Below, piece by piece: positions 1 to 10,514 of a DNA stretch of 64,000 bases. The position numbers and the translations under genes were made by a program. This stretch comes from an uncultured Verrucomicrobiae bacterium (GTDB lineage Bacteria > Verrucomicrobiota > Verrucomicrobiia > Chthoniobacterales > UBA10450). Each line of letters begins with the position of its first letter. Position 1 is the stretch's first letter. The DNA lies in contig CAVTMK010000001.1 in assembly GCA_963735805.1 (NCBI GenBank), positions 320,001 to 384,000 on the forward strand, written 5' to 3'. The notes under the pieces are model-generated. The model saw nothing but the letters and a program-made list of their open reading frames with translations. It was not told the origin of the DNA and made no database searches.

Positions 1-90
1 TTGGACGCCTGAAATCTGCCGGGAACGTGCCAATCGCGAAAACGCTTGGCCCGGGTTGGATCCCGCGGGGAGGAACCAAAATTCTCGCGA

Positions 91-636
91 TCAAATCCCC
101 GAATTCCGCACGCCGAGTTCTTCGGTTGAGACGAGCGTCCGATCGTTTGATTTTACATGGCCTTGGCTGCGTTTACGAAGCCAGGATACATTTTTGCGCT
201 GTACACGGTTTCCTTTTACAAGCGTGCGTGTTTTTCCGAGCTTTGGATCGAATACACTCACGTCAGCAGGAAGTGCTGCTAAAAATTCACAGAAATCGGG
301 CACTCCGTTGTATTTGAATGCTGCCTCTCGTACGGCTTTCGGCGTGAGCGAACGTCGTGTGTTTCCCGTTCGTGAATCGCGATCCTGAGAAGTCAAGAAT
401 GAGGGGGACGATTCGCGATAGAGAAAAGGAGCAGGCGTGGGCATCACCGACGATTCGGCAAAGGTTCGTGCCGGAATTTGCACCGTTTCTTCGTACGGAT
501 AGGCGCCGGGGACTTTGATGGACGGAGTTGCCGGTTCAACTTTTTCGACAGGGAAAGCGAGCTGGATCATCAGTCCGACGGCGATTCCCATAACTGCGAC
601 GAGTCTCGTGGTATAGTGTCTTTTCATATGGAGCAA
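91..636 (-). CDS. Hypothetical protein with N-terminal hydrophobic/signal segment; the true C-terminus may be frameshifted or run off the window
   Basis: 181-aa ORF with the segment MKRHYTTRLVAVMGIAVGLMIQLAF; no family recognised. Confidence 0.45.
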   Translation of the reverse strand: MLHMKRHYTTRLVAVMGIAVGLMIQLAFPVEKVEPATPSIKVPGAYPYEETVQIPARTFAESSVMPTPAPFLYRESSPSFLTSQDRDSRTGNTRRSLTPKAVREAAFKYNGVPDFCEFLAALPADVSVFDPKLGKTRTLVKGNRVQRKNVSWLRKRSQGHVKSNDRTLVSTEELGVRNSGI

Positions 637-1025
637 TGGCTACTTTCTGAAGAGATGGTGTGACAACCCGGCGACTTTCAAACTGCCCCAAGTTACACAC
701 CCCGAAGAGGACTAGAGAGCGCGGATTAATTAAAATCCATTTACGCGGACGAGTCAACCCACAATCTGCGTTGGTCACGATGAAAATTTGCCCTCCATCG
801 TCACACGAAAATTATGCGGGACTCGACAACACAGAAAGAGTGTGCGAAAACAAAACGCTTTCCGACCGGAAGAAAAATCTTTTCAGATGGTGCATGGTGC
901 ATGGAGAGATTCCATGACCGCCCTTTTCAAGATTTTGTGGCGCATGAAACACACTGTCTGATTCCCTGGACTTCAACAACGATGCAGCGTCGGACGGTGA
1001 ATCGCGCGGCATTGCATACTCGGTA

Positions 1026-1532
1026 TTAGCGTGACTCGAGACGGTCGTTCTCATTACGCGCGCCGCGTTTTTGGCGAAAAAAATCCCTAAGGATCCTGGC
1101 GCACTCGTCCTCCAGAACACCGGATGTGATATCGCACCGGTGATTCAAGGTGGGCATCTCCAGGAGGTTGATTACGCTTCCCGCGGCTCCGGCAACTGCA
1201 TCCGGGCAGCCAAAAACCACCCGCCTGATCCGAGTATGAACGAGCGCGCCCGCGCACATCGCGCATGGTTCCTTGCTCACGTACAGGTCGCAATCGGTCA
1301 GTCGCCAATCGCCTACCGCTGCCTCAGCTTGCGTCAAAGCCAGCATTTCCGCGTGAGCCGTGGCATCCTTGAGCAATTCCACCTGATTATGAGCGCGGGC
1401 AATCACTTTGCCCGCCCGAACAATAATAGCACCGACCGGCACTTCGTCGGTCATGGCTGCCTTGTTCGCCTGGCGCAATGCTTCATGCATGAAATACTCG
1501 TCGCCTCGCAGTTCAAGCATCGCTTTCAACAC
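1026..1532 (-). CDS. tadA: tRNA adenosine(34) deaminase
   Basis: EVPVGA, HAE and EPCAMC zinc-deaminase motifs. Confidence 0.93.
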   Translation of the reverse strand: MLKAMLELRGDEYFMHEALRQANKAAMTDEVPVGAIIVRAGKVIARAHNQVELLKDATAHAEMLALTQAEAAVGDWRLTDCDLYVSKEPCAMCAGALVHTRIRRVVFGCPDAVAGAAGSVINLLEMPTLNHRCDITSGVLEDECARILRDFFRQKRGARNENDRLESR

Positions 1533-1622
1533 GTTAAATCGTTAAAAAAGCCAGAAGGGTTACACTTACAACAGTATCCCTGCCATGCTCTTGTAAATTT
1601 GTAACTTTTTAACTTCTTAACC
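1533..1622. repeat. Inverted arrays of degenerate 8-bp repeats in the tadA-acs intergenic region
   Basis: GTTAAATC GTTAAAAA ... TTGTAAAT TTGTAACT TTTTAACT TCTTAACC (8-bp period); similar arrays at ~6679-6702 and ~6832-6850. Confidence 0.55.
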
Positions 1623-1677
1623 CGCACCCAACAGCGCGCTTGCCCTGAGAATTTCTTCGGCATATTAGGGACTGCTC

Positions 1678-3627
1678 ATGCACGACAACATCGAGTCGCA
1701 CCTGGTAGAGAAACGCATCTTTAAATCACCACAAGATTTTGCCAAAAACGCCCGGATCAAAAGTCTCACACAATATCGGCGAATGTACCGAGAATCGATT
1801 CGCCAACCGGCAAAATTCTGGGAACGCGAAGCAAGCGAGCTGGTCTGGCGCGCAAGATGGAAAAAGGTGCTGGAATGGAACGCGCCGTTCGCGAAGTGGT
1901 TCGTCGGGGGCAAACTCAACATTTCTGAAAACTGCCTCGATCGCCACCTGACCGGCCCACGCCGGAACAAGGCCGCTATTATCTGGGAAGGCGAACCGGG
2001 CGACAAACGCACCCTCACCTACCAGCAATTGCATCGCGAAGTGTGCCGCTTCGCAAATGTCCTGAAACGAAACAACATAAAAAAAGGCAATCGTGTCATC
2101 ATTTACCTCCCCAATATTCCTGAAGCGGCAATTGCAATGCTCGCCTGCGCGCGGATCGGCGCAGTGCATTCAGTCGTCTTCGGCGGATTCAGCGCCGACA
2201 GCATTCGTGATCGAGTCGCCGACAGCGGCGCCATCGCACTTCTCACGGCTGATGGCGCATATCGCCGCGGCGGAATTGTGCCATTGAAAAAAAATGTTGA
2301 TGAGGCACTCCGTGATAGCACGTCGGTCAGGTGCGTCATCGTTTTTCGTCGCGCGGGAAATGACATTCATATGGAAGAAGGCCGGGACGTTTGGTGGCAC
2401 CGCGAACTGGAGTATGTCAACGCGAAGTGTCCGCCTGTGCCACTCGATAGCGAGCACCCGCTTTATCTTCTCTACACCAGTGGCTCCACCGGCAAACCAA
2501 AAGGCATCCTCCACACAACAGGCGGTTATTTGGTCGGCGTTTACTCGACTACGAAGTACGTCTTCGACATTCGAGATGAGGATATCTATTGGTGCACCGC
2601 GGATGTCGGATGGGTCACCGGCCATAGCTATATCGTCTATGGTCCCCTTGCCAACGGCGCGACAACGCTGATGTATGAAGGCGCTCCGAATTGGCCCGAA
2701 CCGGACAGGTTCTGGAAAATCATCGAAGAATATCAGGTCAATATTCTTTATACCGCACCAACGGCGATCCGTGCATTTATTCGCTGGGGCGATCACTGGG
2801 TGGCGAAACACGATCTCTCGTCGCTTCGCCTTCTCGGTACAGTCGGCGAACCAATTAATCCAGAGGCGTGGATGTGGTATTACAAAAATATTGGAGGCCA
2901 GCGTTGTCCAATTGTCGATACGTGGTGGCAAACGGAGACAGGATCGATTCTCATTACTCCTCTGCCCGGCGCGATTCCTACGAAACCAGGCAGCGCGACA
3001 CTCCCATTTTTTGGCGTCGATCCAGCTGTCGTTGACCAGAAAGGAAACGAAGTCGGACCCAATGTCGGCGGGAAGCTGATTATCCGTAAACCTTGGCCGT
3101 CCATGTTGCGCACGATTTACGGCGACAAGGCCCGGTATCGACAGCAATACTGGAGCGAATTTAAAGGCAATTACCTTACTGGCGACGGTGCGCGGCGCGA
3201 TGAAGACGGCTATTTTTGGATTGTGGGTCGAATTGACGATGTCCTTAACGTGGCAGGTCACAGGCTCGGCACGTCGGAAATTGAAAGCGCCCTGGTCAGT
3301 CATGCCCAAGTCGCCGAGGCAGCCGTAGTTGGCAGGCCGGATGAACTAAAAGGACAGGGAGTCGTCGCTTTTGTGACGTTGAAGGCGAGCGTTGACACCA
3401 GTGGCGGACTGAAAGCGGAACTGCGCGAGCATGTGAGCAAGCACATCGGCGCAATCGCAAAACCAGATGAAATTCGTTTCGCCGAAGCGCTGCCCAAGAC
3501 GCGCAGCGGCAAAATCATGCGCCGCCTCCTAAAAGAAATCGCCAGCGGAGCAAGCGTTACTGGTGACACGACTACACTGGAAGACTTCAGCGTGTTGGCA
3601 AAATTGGCCGAGTCGGAAGAAGCGTAG
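1678..3627 (+). CDS. acs: Acetyl-CoA synthetase
   Basis: [14 protein letters not shown]-binding motif, [21 protein letters not shown]. Confidence 0.97.
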   Translation: MHDNIESHLVEKRIFKSPQDFAKNARIKSLTQYRRMYRESIRQPAKFWEREASELVWRARWKKVLEWNAPFAKWFVGGKLNISENCLDRHLTGPRRNKAAIIWEGEPGDKRTLTYQQLHREVCRFANVLKRNNIKKGNRVIIYLPNIPEAAIAMLACARIGAVHSVVFGGFSADSIRDRVADSGAIALLTADGAYRRGGIVPLKKNVDEALRDSTSVRCVIVFRRAGNDIHMEEGRDVWWHRELEYVNAKCPPVPLDSEHPLYLLYTSGSTGKPKGILHTTGGYLVGVYSTTKYVFDIRDEDIYWCTADVGWVTGHSYIVYGPLANGATTLMYEGAPNWPEPDRFWKIIEEYQVNILYTAPTAIRAFIRWGDHWVAKHDLSSLRLLGTVGEPINPEAWMWYYKNIGGQRCPIVDTWWQTETGSILITPLPGAIPTKPGSATLPFFGVDPAVVDQKGNEVGPNVGGKLIIRKPWPSMLRTIYGDKARYRQQYWSEFKGNYLTGDGARRDEDGYFWIVGRIDDVLNVAGHRLGTSEIESALVSHAQVAEAAVVGRPDELKGQGVVAFVTLKASVDTSGGLKAELREHVSKHIGAIAKPDEIRFAEALPKTRSGKIMRRLLKEIASGASVTGDTTTLEDFSVLAKLAESEEA

Positions 3628-3645
3628 AGAAGGTAACATTAACCC

Positions 3646-5514
3646 GTGAGTTTCATTCGCACCGGCTTTCGCGAGATTGGATTAAAAATCCGGCGTCAGC
3701 GAACGCGCATAGCGCTTCGTCACGAGAAACGTCTTTTGCAAAAGAGCGAAATCGGCCTCGGACGCGAAGGAACTGCGCAGGCGGCCAATTTCCCCGAGCT
3801 CCGCAATGAGATCGTGGCTCTTAAGAAACTGGAGCAGGAACAAAAGGAAGTCGCACTTCGGATTGCCCGAATCGAAGAAGGGATAAAGAAAATTGAAGAA
3901 GAACGGCAACAAAATGCGCGCGAACAAGCGGAAGCCATTGCAAAGCTGGAAGCGGAAAAGAAGCCACTTCTCCAAAAGCGTAACCAAACGAAAACCAACG
4001 TTGGCGTCTGCGAGCGCGAACTGGCCGCAGTAGACCGCCGTATTCAAGAAAGCGAGGCTGCCGACCGCGATCTCTTGAAGCAGTTGGCCGACCTGCATGC
4101 GCTTGAGCCGGCTCCCGCGGACCTCGAAGCGCGCTCCGCCAGTATCAACATTCGACGCGCACGTCTCCCCGAAGAGCGGGCGGAACTGGTGCGGGCGCGC
4201 CTTGGTAGCGCGGAGGCAGCACGTTTAGCCAGGGAGAAATTGAACGCAGCGGAAGTGGAACTTTCGGTGATAGAAAAAAATATTGCGCGCACCCGGAGCG
4301 AATTTGAAGCGCGTAACCGAAAATTGAGTGATAACATCGGCGCGCAACAGGAAGCAGCGCGCAACGCGCGCGCGCGCCATCAGACGGTCGAAGAGCGGAA
4401 AAATCCCGCGTATTTGAACATTGGCCGGCACCTTGCAGCGCAGGGCGTTGCGCCGCCAAATGCGCCACATTTGCTGGCTGAGGCGCATCGTCGCCGCGAG
4501 GCAGTGGATCGGCATTTGGAGCACAAGACAGAGCTCGCCTTGCTCTCCAGTCGTATCGACAAGCAGGAACTGCGGAAATTTTATTTCAGCGTTTTCTCAG
4601 TGCTGGTCCTGCTCGCGATCACACTGCTCGTCATTTTTCAATCTCCACGAGGCCGCGAATGGCTGCCGCAGGAAACCGACACGATTTTGTCAATTAATGC
4701 CGACCAATTCGAACGAACAGACCTCGCAAAGCGGTGGCGCAAAGACCAGCCCAAACTGTGGCCGGGCTTAATCGGCGCGGCTGGATCCACTCCGGGATTG
4801 AACCTGTCCCAAGATGCGACCCGCATCACTCGTGCAATCACAGCCAGCGAAACCGGAGCAACGCAGGAGTTCATCCTGGTCGAAGCACGCCGTGCCGCAC
4901 CGAAGGTCATTCGTGCAATCGCAGCCGATAAGGCGTTTCAAAAGCGCGCTATCAGCGGCTTGCCAGTCTGGGAACGACCGCCGGATTTCGCCGTCGCCCG
5001 AGTAGGGCCAGCAACGCTGGCTGTGGGAGCACCGACCGCCGTGGATGAGTTGGTGCTGGTGCGCCTTGGAATGAAACCGGACCTGAAAATCACTGGCCAA
5101 CTCTTCGATCGTTTCCAGGCTCTCGACCGCGAGAGCGCGCTACGATTGATTTCGCGTGATCCCCCCGATCTTTCACGTGTTTTTAATCCAATCTTTACGC
5201 GCGAATTGCTCGAGGCTTCACAATTGCTCGGTCTTGCCGTCAATCTACAAAATCCGGTAAAAGCCAGAGTGCTCATAAAAGTGAATTCATCCAAACCCGC
5301 CGCCCAGCTTGCGCGAAATTTGCACGATCATCCAGAGCAATGGCTGCGTCTGCCGAACTCGGAGCTGGTGCTTTATTCGCGTCCACCCGAGGTTCAGAGA
5401 TCAAGCGATTCAAACCTGGAATTGCGATTCGAAGTCCCCGAAAATAGCGCTCGCCTTCTTCTTGAACGCCTGGCAAAAACGGAGCCTGCGCAGGCGATCA
5501 CAGAAGCGTACTGA
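3646..5514 (+). CDS. Hypothetical membrane protein: long N-terminal coiled coil, one TM helix, C-terminal extracytoplasmic domain
   Basis: 622-aa ORF; E/K/R/Q/A-rich helical N-half, TM FYFSVFSVLVLLAITLLVIF; co-oriented with neighbours. Confidence 0.8.
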   Translation: MSFIRTGFREIGLKIRRQRTRIALRHEKRLLQKSEIGLGREGTAQAANFPELRNEIVALKKLEQEQKEVALRIARIEEGIKKIEEERQQNAREQAEAIAKLEAEKKPLLQKRNQTKTNVGVCERELAAVDRRIQESEAADRDLLKQLADLHALEPAPADLEARSASINIRRARLPEERAELVRARLGSAEAARLAREKLNAAEVELSVIEKNIARTRSEFEARNRKLSDNIGAQQEAARNARARHQTVEERKNPAYLNIGRHLAAQGVAPPNAPHLLAEAHRRREAVDRHLEHKTELALLSSRIDKQELRKFYFSVFSVLVLLAITLLVIFQSPRGREWLPQETDTILSINADQFERTDLAKRWRKDQPKLWPGLIGAAGSTPGLNLSQDATRITRAITASETGATQEFILVEARRAAPKVIRAIAADKAFQKRAISGLPVWERPPDFAVARVGPATLAVGAPTAVDELVLVRLGMKPDLKITGQLFDRFQALDRESALRLISRDPPDLSRVFNPIFTRELLEASQLLGLAVNLQNPVKARVLIKVNSSKPAAQLARNLHDHPEQWLRLPNSELVLYSRPPEVQRSSDSNLELRFEVPENSARLLLERLAKTEPAQAITEAY

Positions 5515-5522
5515 CCGAGTCA

Positions 5523-6176
5523 ATGCGACGTCTTAACCTTCCTCTATTGGCTTTCATCGCGGCGGTCCTGCCATCACTGGACGCAAACGCCGGCGGCCCT
5601 CTGGTTGATATCCGATCAGTCGATCCGACGATCGTCGTTGAACTGCGTTACGCGGGACGAAATAACGTGGTTGGGTACCCTCTCTACCCGCACGGAACAT
5701 CCGCTTTGGCGCGTCCAGAGGTCGCTTCGGGTTTGGCTGTAGCACAAGCGTTGCTGAAGCGGTACCAATTTGGCCTGAAAATCTGGGACGCCTATCGCCC
5801 AGTGGCCGTGCAGGAGAAACTTTGGCAGGCATCACACAACAGCGACTACGTTGCGAATCCTGAGGCTGGCATCGGATCACTACACAGTTGGGGTGTCGCT
5901 GTGGATGCAACGTTAATCGATACCTGGAATCGTCCCGTGCGCATGCCCAGCGATTTTGACAATTTTACTCCGGCCGCAATGTGGCGCTATGCAGGTCCGC
6001 ATCCGGACATCAGGGCACACGTGCATTTACTTCAGATGGCAATGCGAAACGCTGGCTTTTGGGGATTGCGCACCGAGTGGTGGCATTTCACGATCGCGGA
6101 CTGGCAAAAATACTTGCCGAATCAAGCGGCACAAACTGCACAGGTTTGCGGTACCCAGTGGCAGGGCAAGTTATGA
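5523..6176 (+). CDS. ddpX: D-alanyl-D-alanine dipeptidase (M15/VanX-like), exported
   Basis: IWDAYRP, SxHxxGxAVD and EWWHF motifs; signal peptide. Confidence 0.88.
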   Translation: MRRLNLPLLAFIAAVLPSLDANAGGPLVDIRSVDPTIVVELRYAGRNNVVGYPLYPHGTSALARPEVASGLAVAQALLKRYQFGLKIWDAYRPVAVQEKLWQASHNSDYVANPEAGIGSLHSWGVAVDATLIDTWNRPVRMPSDFDNFTPAAMWRYAGPHPDIRAHVHLLQMAMRNAGFWGLRTEWWHFTIADWQKYLPNQAAQTAQVCGTQWQGKL

Positions 6177-6673
6177 TCGAGACATTGCTCCGTGCCTTGC
6201 GACAGCCCGAATACATTCATGTGTTGCTCAATCCATTGCCGATTTACGGTTTGCTCACAGGCTGGGTGGGGCTCGTGATCGCGTTGCTGTTAAGAAGCCG
6301 ACGCGCGCAAATTGCAACGCTAACGCTCGTGCTACTCAGTTCTGTTTCAGCGTGGCCGGTGTCTGAATTTGGTGAACAGGGTTACGACCGTGTTTTGTCG
6401 ATGGCTGACGACGACGGCCAAGCATGGCTCGATGAGCACATGCATCGTGCTCAGAATCTCATCTGGGTCTTCTATGCGCTTGCAGCTTTGAGCGCGGTTG
6501 CTATCGCTGCTCCGATCAAATGGCCCAAAACTTCCGTGCCGCTTGCTCTAGGTGTGGTTTTGCTGGGTGTGTTTACGTTGGGAACCGGTATTTATATCGC
6601 CTATGCAGGCGGCAGAGTCCGGCATCGCGAATTTCGGAACGAACCCGCTCCGCTGAAAAGACCCGACTACTGA
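6173..6673 (+). CDS. Four-TM hypothetical membrane protein (DUF2231-like, His-containing)
   Basis: ATG overlaps the ddpX stop (ATGA); HVLLNPLP...EH...GGRVRHREFR. Confidence 0.7.
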   Translation: MIETLLRALRQPEYIHVLLNPLPIYGLLTGWVGLVIALLLRSRRAQIATLTLVLLSSVSAWPVSEFGEQGYDRVLSMADDDGQAWLDEHMHRAQNLIWVFYALAALSAVAIAAPIKWPKTSVPLALGVVLLGVFTLGTGIYIAYAGGRVRHREFRNEPAPLKRPDY

Positions 6674-6720
6674 AAGTCGTTAAAGCGTTTAAACGTTGAA
6701 GCGCAAAAAGCCAACGGCAT

Positions 6721-6809
6721 TGTCATTCTGAGCGAAGCGAAGAATCTCTGACTATTTTCGAGAGCGTCGATCTCGCAATCAGAAATGTTTCGGTTCGCTC
6801 AACATGGCA
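6721..6809. repeat. CGTC/TGTCAT-type palindromic REP doublet
   Basis: TGTCATTCTGAGCGAAGCGAAGAATCT ... AGAAATGTTTCGGTTCGCTCAACATGGCA; same family at 19845, 22978, 26642, 35182, 37626, 38399, 62163. Confidence 0.85.
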
Positions 6810-6860
6810 GGCTACGCGGTGCCGACTCATCGTTTCAACTCTTCAACGCTTGACGAACCC

Positions 6861-8315
6861 ATGACAACCGAGCTCGATCGTGAAGAGCGCAAAGTCGAAG
6901 AACAGAGCGTTGCGCTCAAAAAACCACTTGGGTTGCGCGACCTCGTCGTGATGCAGATCGTCTTCGTCGTTGGCTCCAGCTGGGTAGGCACCGCAGCCAA
7001 GCTTGGTCAGTCACATCTCTTTTTCTGGCTGCTGGCGATTTTACTTTTCTACATCCCACAGGCTGCGGTGGTCATTTATTTGAATCGAATCATGCCGCTC
7101 GAAGGCGGTTTGTATCAGTGGGCAAAGCTGGGTTTTAACGAATTCGCGGGGTTCATGGTTGCATGGAATCTCTGGCTGCTTTCGATCACCGTAATCGCAC
7201 TGGCCGGGATGTTCATAACGACGAATATCTCGTACGCGCTGGGAGAGGATGCTGCCTGGATGCCGAATAACAAATGGTGTGTCTCTCTTATCAGTTGCGC
7301 ACTTGTAGTTGGTCTGGCATGGACCACGATTCGAGGGCTGTCGTTAGGCAAATGGCTCAATAACATTGGAGGAGTTGCCATGTTTTTGGCATATGGCGCG
7401 TTGATTGCTCTGCCATTCATCAGTCTCGCACGTGGCGAACTCAAGCACTACGATCCGCTGCCGATTGCTGCGCCGGCAATGTCCATCTTTTTTTGCTTCA
7501 ATATTTTTACTAAACTGGCCATCGGCGCGTTGACCGGGTTTGAGTATGTCGCCATCCTGGCGGGAGAAGCCCGGACACCGGCGCGCAACATTGGCCGCTC
7601 CGTCATGATCGCTTCTCCGATCATCGCGTTATTATTTATTTTCGGAACCAGCTCGGTTCTCGCTTTTGTTGGAAACAGACCGATCGATCTAATCGGCCCG
7701 GTGCCACAAACCCTAAGCCTTGGCCTGCGCTCTTTTCAGATCGCCGGCGCAATAGCTTCGTTAGGTATTCTGATGATGACCGTGCGCACGATTTCCTCTA
7801 CAAGCATTCATTTCACAGGCAGTTCGCGGCTTCCCATGGTCGCTGGATGGGATCAGCTTTTGCCGTCGTGGTTTTCACGACTGCATCAGGCTTACAAAAC
7901 GCCCATCAACTCAATTGTGTTCGTTGGGGCGATCACCTTGCTGATTGCCATTCTCAGTCAGATTGGCACGGGAATACAGGAGGCATTCCAACTCGTCGAT
8001 AATGCCGCAAACGTTTTCTATGGGATCGTTTATGCTGTCCTGTTCGCCATTCCAATCGTGGGCGCTCACGGCATTCGATCGCGGGCACGACTTTGGATTC
8101 GGATTGCAGCGGCATGCGGCTTCGGGGTTTGTCTGCTGGCAATCTTTTTCACTGTTTATCCAATTATCGACGTGCCCAGCCCTCTAAGCTTCGCTGCGAA
8201 AATCGTGGCAGTGACCGTGATTGCCAATGTAATCGGAGCAGCCATTTTCGGATTGGGAGAAAAAAGACGTCAGGGTGCGCTCAGAGCGCACCCTTCAGCA
8301 ACCCAGCTCAAATAA
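6861..8315 (+). CDS. APC-family amino acid permease
   Basis: About 12 TM segments; LKKPLGLRDL, EGGLYQW and GFEYVAILAGE motifs. Confidence 0.9.
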   Translation: MTTELDREERKVEEQSVALKKPLGLRDLVVMQIVFVVGSSWVGTAAKLGQSHLFFWLLAILLFYIPQAAVVIYLNRIMPLEGGLYQWAKLGFNEFAGFMVAWNLWLLSITVIALAGMFITTNISYALGEDAAWMPNNKWCVSLISCALVVGLAWTTIRGLSLGKWLNNIGGVAMFLAYGALIALPFISLARGELKHYDPLPIAAPAMSIFFCFNIFTKLAIGALTGFEYVAILAGEARTPARNIGRSVMIASPIIALLFIFGTSSVLAFVGNRPIDLIGPVPQTLSLGLRSFQIAGAIASLGILMMTVRTISSTSIHFTGSSRLPMVAGWDQLLPSWFSRLHQAYKTPINSIVFVGAITLLIAILSQIGTGIQEAFQLVDNAANVFYGIVYAVLFAIPIVGAHGIRSRARLWIRIAAACGFGVCLLAIFFTVYPIIDVPSPLSFAAKIVAVTVIANVIGAAIFGLGEKRRQGALRAHPSATQLK

Positions 8316-8602
8316 GCTGGCAATCCTCTGTCCACCGAGACAAAGACTATTTCCGGTACTTCGTATGGATGTAGTGAGCGGAGCCTTTCCTGAAATGCTG
8401 GCTGTCGAGTCACGGTCGTCTTGAAAAAAACGACGACTTCTCCAGCAGTCTCAATCTTTTCTTTCCAGCGATAGATCGAGTGAACAGCAGGCATGAGATT
8501 TGCACACGCCGCGAACTTTTCTTCGACTAATGTTTGGGCGACGCGACTGGCCGTCTCCGCGTCCGGAAAAGTGCTAATGGCCAGCAAAATTTGATCGGCC
8601 AT
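8270..8602 (-). CDS. cutA: Divalent-cation tolerance protein CutA
   Basis: AACAN, SIYRW and LHPYEVPEI motifs. Confidence 0.92.
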   Translation of the reverse strand: MADQILLAISTFPDAETASRVAQTLVEEKFAACANLMPAVHSIYRWKEKIETAGEVVVFFKTTVTRQPAFQERLRSLHPYEVPEIVFVSVDRGLPAYLSWVAEGCALSAP

Positions 8603-8609
8603 TAGAGGA

Positions 8610-9803
8610 TCAGGCGAGTGCAGGTGCCGCCGACCGGTTGATTGCCCCAAGGCGCTTCAGCGGATCGCTTCGGCGAATCCACCCACCGCCGACTACGACG
8701 TCATCACTGTAAAACACCGCCGCTTGACCCGGCGTCACCGCCCTTTGCGGTTCGTGCAGTCGTACCTGCGCACGGCCGTCTTCGAGCGGGGTTATCGTTG
8801 CGGGAGTTCCTATATGGCTGTAACGAATTTTGACTGTCGCGTCGATTTCTTCGTTGTAGCCGGGGGCGTTGCCCCCGGTTTCTTGCGCATCGATCGCGCC
8901 GCCGCGGTCATCGCACGCAGCGACAGGATGCCAGTTCACCCGGTCGATCTCGAATTCGGCTATCAGTAAGTTGTCAGCGTCGCCCACAATCACGCGATTG
9001 GTGCCGGGATCGAGATCGACAACGTAACGCGGCCGGGACGAACCGCCCGGCAAACCTTTGCGTTGTCCTATCGTGAAAAGCTCGATGCCGTCGTGTACAC
9101 CCAGGAAGTTTCCCTCGACATCATAGATCTCGCCGTGATGAAACTCCTTTTCGCCCAGATGAGAGCGTAAAAATTCCTTGTAATCATTACCGGGCACAAA
9201 ACAGATTTCCTGGCTATCGATCTTGTCCGCAACCTTCAGGCCTAACGAATGCGCGATCGCGCGGATTTGAGGCTTCGTCATTTCGCCGAGGGGTGTTAGT
9301 GCACGCCGAAGCTGTGGCTGGCGCAGACTGAAAAGGAAATAGGATTGATCTTTGCCCGGGTCGCGACCCTTCCGCAAGACTGCATGATCCGCGTAATGTT
9401 CGATGATCGCGTAATGCCCTGTTGCGATGTACTCGCAGCCCAATGCCGCCGCTTTACTCCAGAGATTGCCGAACTTGAGCTTCTCGTTGCACATCACACA
9501 CGGGTTCGGCGTACGGCCAGCCTGGTATTCGCTTGAAAAGTAATCAATGACCAGCCGCTCGAACTGGTCGGCTTCATCAACGACGTAATGTGGAATTCCC
9601 AGTGAATGCGCCACGCCACGGGCGTCAGCTATCGCCTGGGGTCCACAGCACTTATCTTCCGCCCGGGAAATACAATCCTGCGGCCATACTTTCATGGTGA
9701 CGCCGATGACCTCGTGGCCTTGCTCGCGCAACAGATATCCTGCCACGCTGGAGTCCACTCCCCCGCTCATCCCGAGTAAAACGCGTTGTCCGGCCTTATT
9801 CAT
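8610..9803 (-). CDS. mnmA: tRNA 2-thiouridine(34) synthase, with in-frame REP insertions
   Basis: MSGGVDS, TPNPCVMCN, ATGHY, KDQSYFL, SQEICF, TIGQRKGL, VTPGQ. Confidence 0.97.
   Translation of the reverse strand: MNKAGQRVLLGMSGGVDSSVAGYLLREQGHEVIGVTMKVWPQDCISRAEDKCCGPQAIADARGVAHSLGIPHYVVDEADQFERLVIDYFSSEYQAGRTPNPCVMCNEKLKFGNLWSKAAALGCEYIATGHYAIIEHYADHAVLRKGRDPGKDQSYFLFSLRQPQLRRALTPLGEMTKPQIRAIAHSLGLKVADKIDSQEICFVPGNDYKEFLRSHLGEKEFHHGEIYDVEGNFLGVHDGIELFTIGQRKGLPGGSSRPRYVVDLDPGTNRVIVGDADNLLIAEFEIDRVNWHPVAACDDRGGAIDAQETGGNAPGYNEEIDATVKIRYSHIGTPATITPLEDGRAQVRLHEPQRAVTPGQAAVFYSDDVVVGGGWIRRSDPLKRLGAINRSAAPALA
8854..8926. repeat. GTAG-type REP doublet inserted in frame in mnmA
   Basis: TTGTAGCCGGGGGCGTTGCCCCCGG ... 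CCGCGGTCATCGCACGCAGCGACAG; encodes PVAACDDRGGAIDAQETGGNAPGYN. Confidence 0.8.
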
Positions 9804-9845
9804 TTTGAGCGAAGAACTTCGATCAATCGCAGTGCGAGTCAATGA

Positions 9846-9896
9846 GGTGGATCGGCCTGCTCTTAGCAGCGCGTTGAGGATAACGCGCGCTCCACT
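9846..9896. repeat. GTGG-headed REP-like doublet
   Basis: GGTGGATCG ... CAGCGCGTTGAGGATAACGCGCGCTCCACT; related copies at 57987 and 19371. Confidence 0.7.
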
Positions 9897-10470
9897 ACAG
9901 TTTCACCGCCCGGCTTACGAATTCACTTCCCTTGAGCGTGAAGCGCCATGGATAGTGCGCGGACCGGGTGATACCGATGCGCTTGTCAGCGACCACATCT
10001 GCAGACTTTTTTGTTTTGCGGACGAAGCAATGAATTGGGTCGGAGCACAAATCCATTTCATGATGACGATTGGTGATGTCCAGCGCCTGCGTCAGCTTGC
10101 CAGGTCCCGAGCAAAGACGTTTCACGTCGTTAAGTCCGCGACGTTTCTTCATTTGTTCGATCCCTCTTCGCGGCTCCAACGCACGAATCAGGACGAAACC
10201 GTTCTCATCGCCTTTCACCAGCACGTTCAGCATCCAGTGCATTCCGTAATTGAAATAAATATAGGCCGCGCCGGCGTTGTTTCGGTCGATAAAATGACGC
10301 GCGCTTGGCCGTGTAAACGTATGCGCAGCCTCGTCGTTGATTGCCGCGTAAGCTTCCACCTCGACAACGATCCCCGAGCAATCGCCCCAAATTAGTTCTG
10401 TGCCGATCAACTCACGGGCGCACGTAAGCGGATGACGTTTAAAGAACGATGCGCGAACAATCGTGCTCAC
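9895..10470 (-). CDS. mpg: DNA-3-methyladenine glycosylase (MPG/AAG family)
   Basis: VEVEAY, YIYFNYGMH, VLIRALEP, SGPGKL, RIGI motifs. Confidence 0.93.
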   Translation of the reverse strand: MSTIVRASFFKRHPLTCARELIGTELIWGDCSGIVVEVEAYAAINDEAAHTFTRPSARHFIDRNNAGAAYIYFNYGMHWMLNVLVKGDENGFVLIRALEPRRGIEQMKKRRGLNDVKRLCSGPGKLTQALDITNRHHEMDLCSDPIHCFVRKTKKSADVVADKRIGITRSAHYPWRFTLKGSEFVSRAVKL

Positions 10471-10514
10471 TATCCTCTCTGCCCTGTCGTCAACCGGTCG
10501 CCTTGTGAACAGGT

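Noticed and set aside
2170..3309. Long antisense ORFs (also 62714-63604 and 56467-57210)
   Set aside because: They mirror strongly conserved genes (acs, sucB, pxpC) and are expected from codon bias.
5523..6176. Vancomycin-resistance cluster
   Set aside because: The VanX-like peptidase stands alone with a signal peptide; there is no vanH, vanA or regulator.
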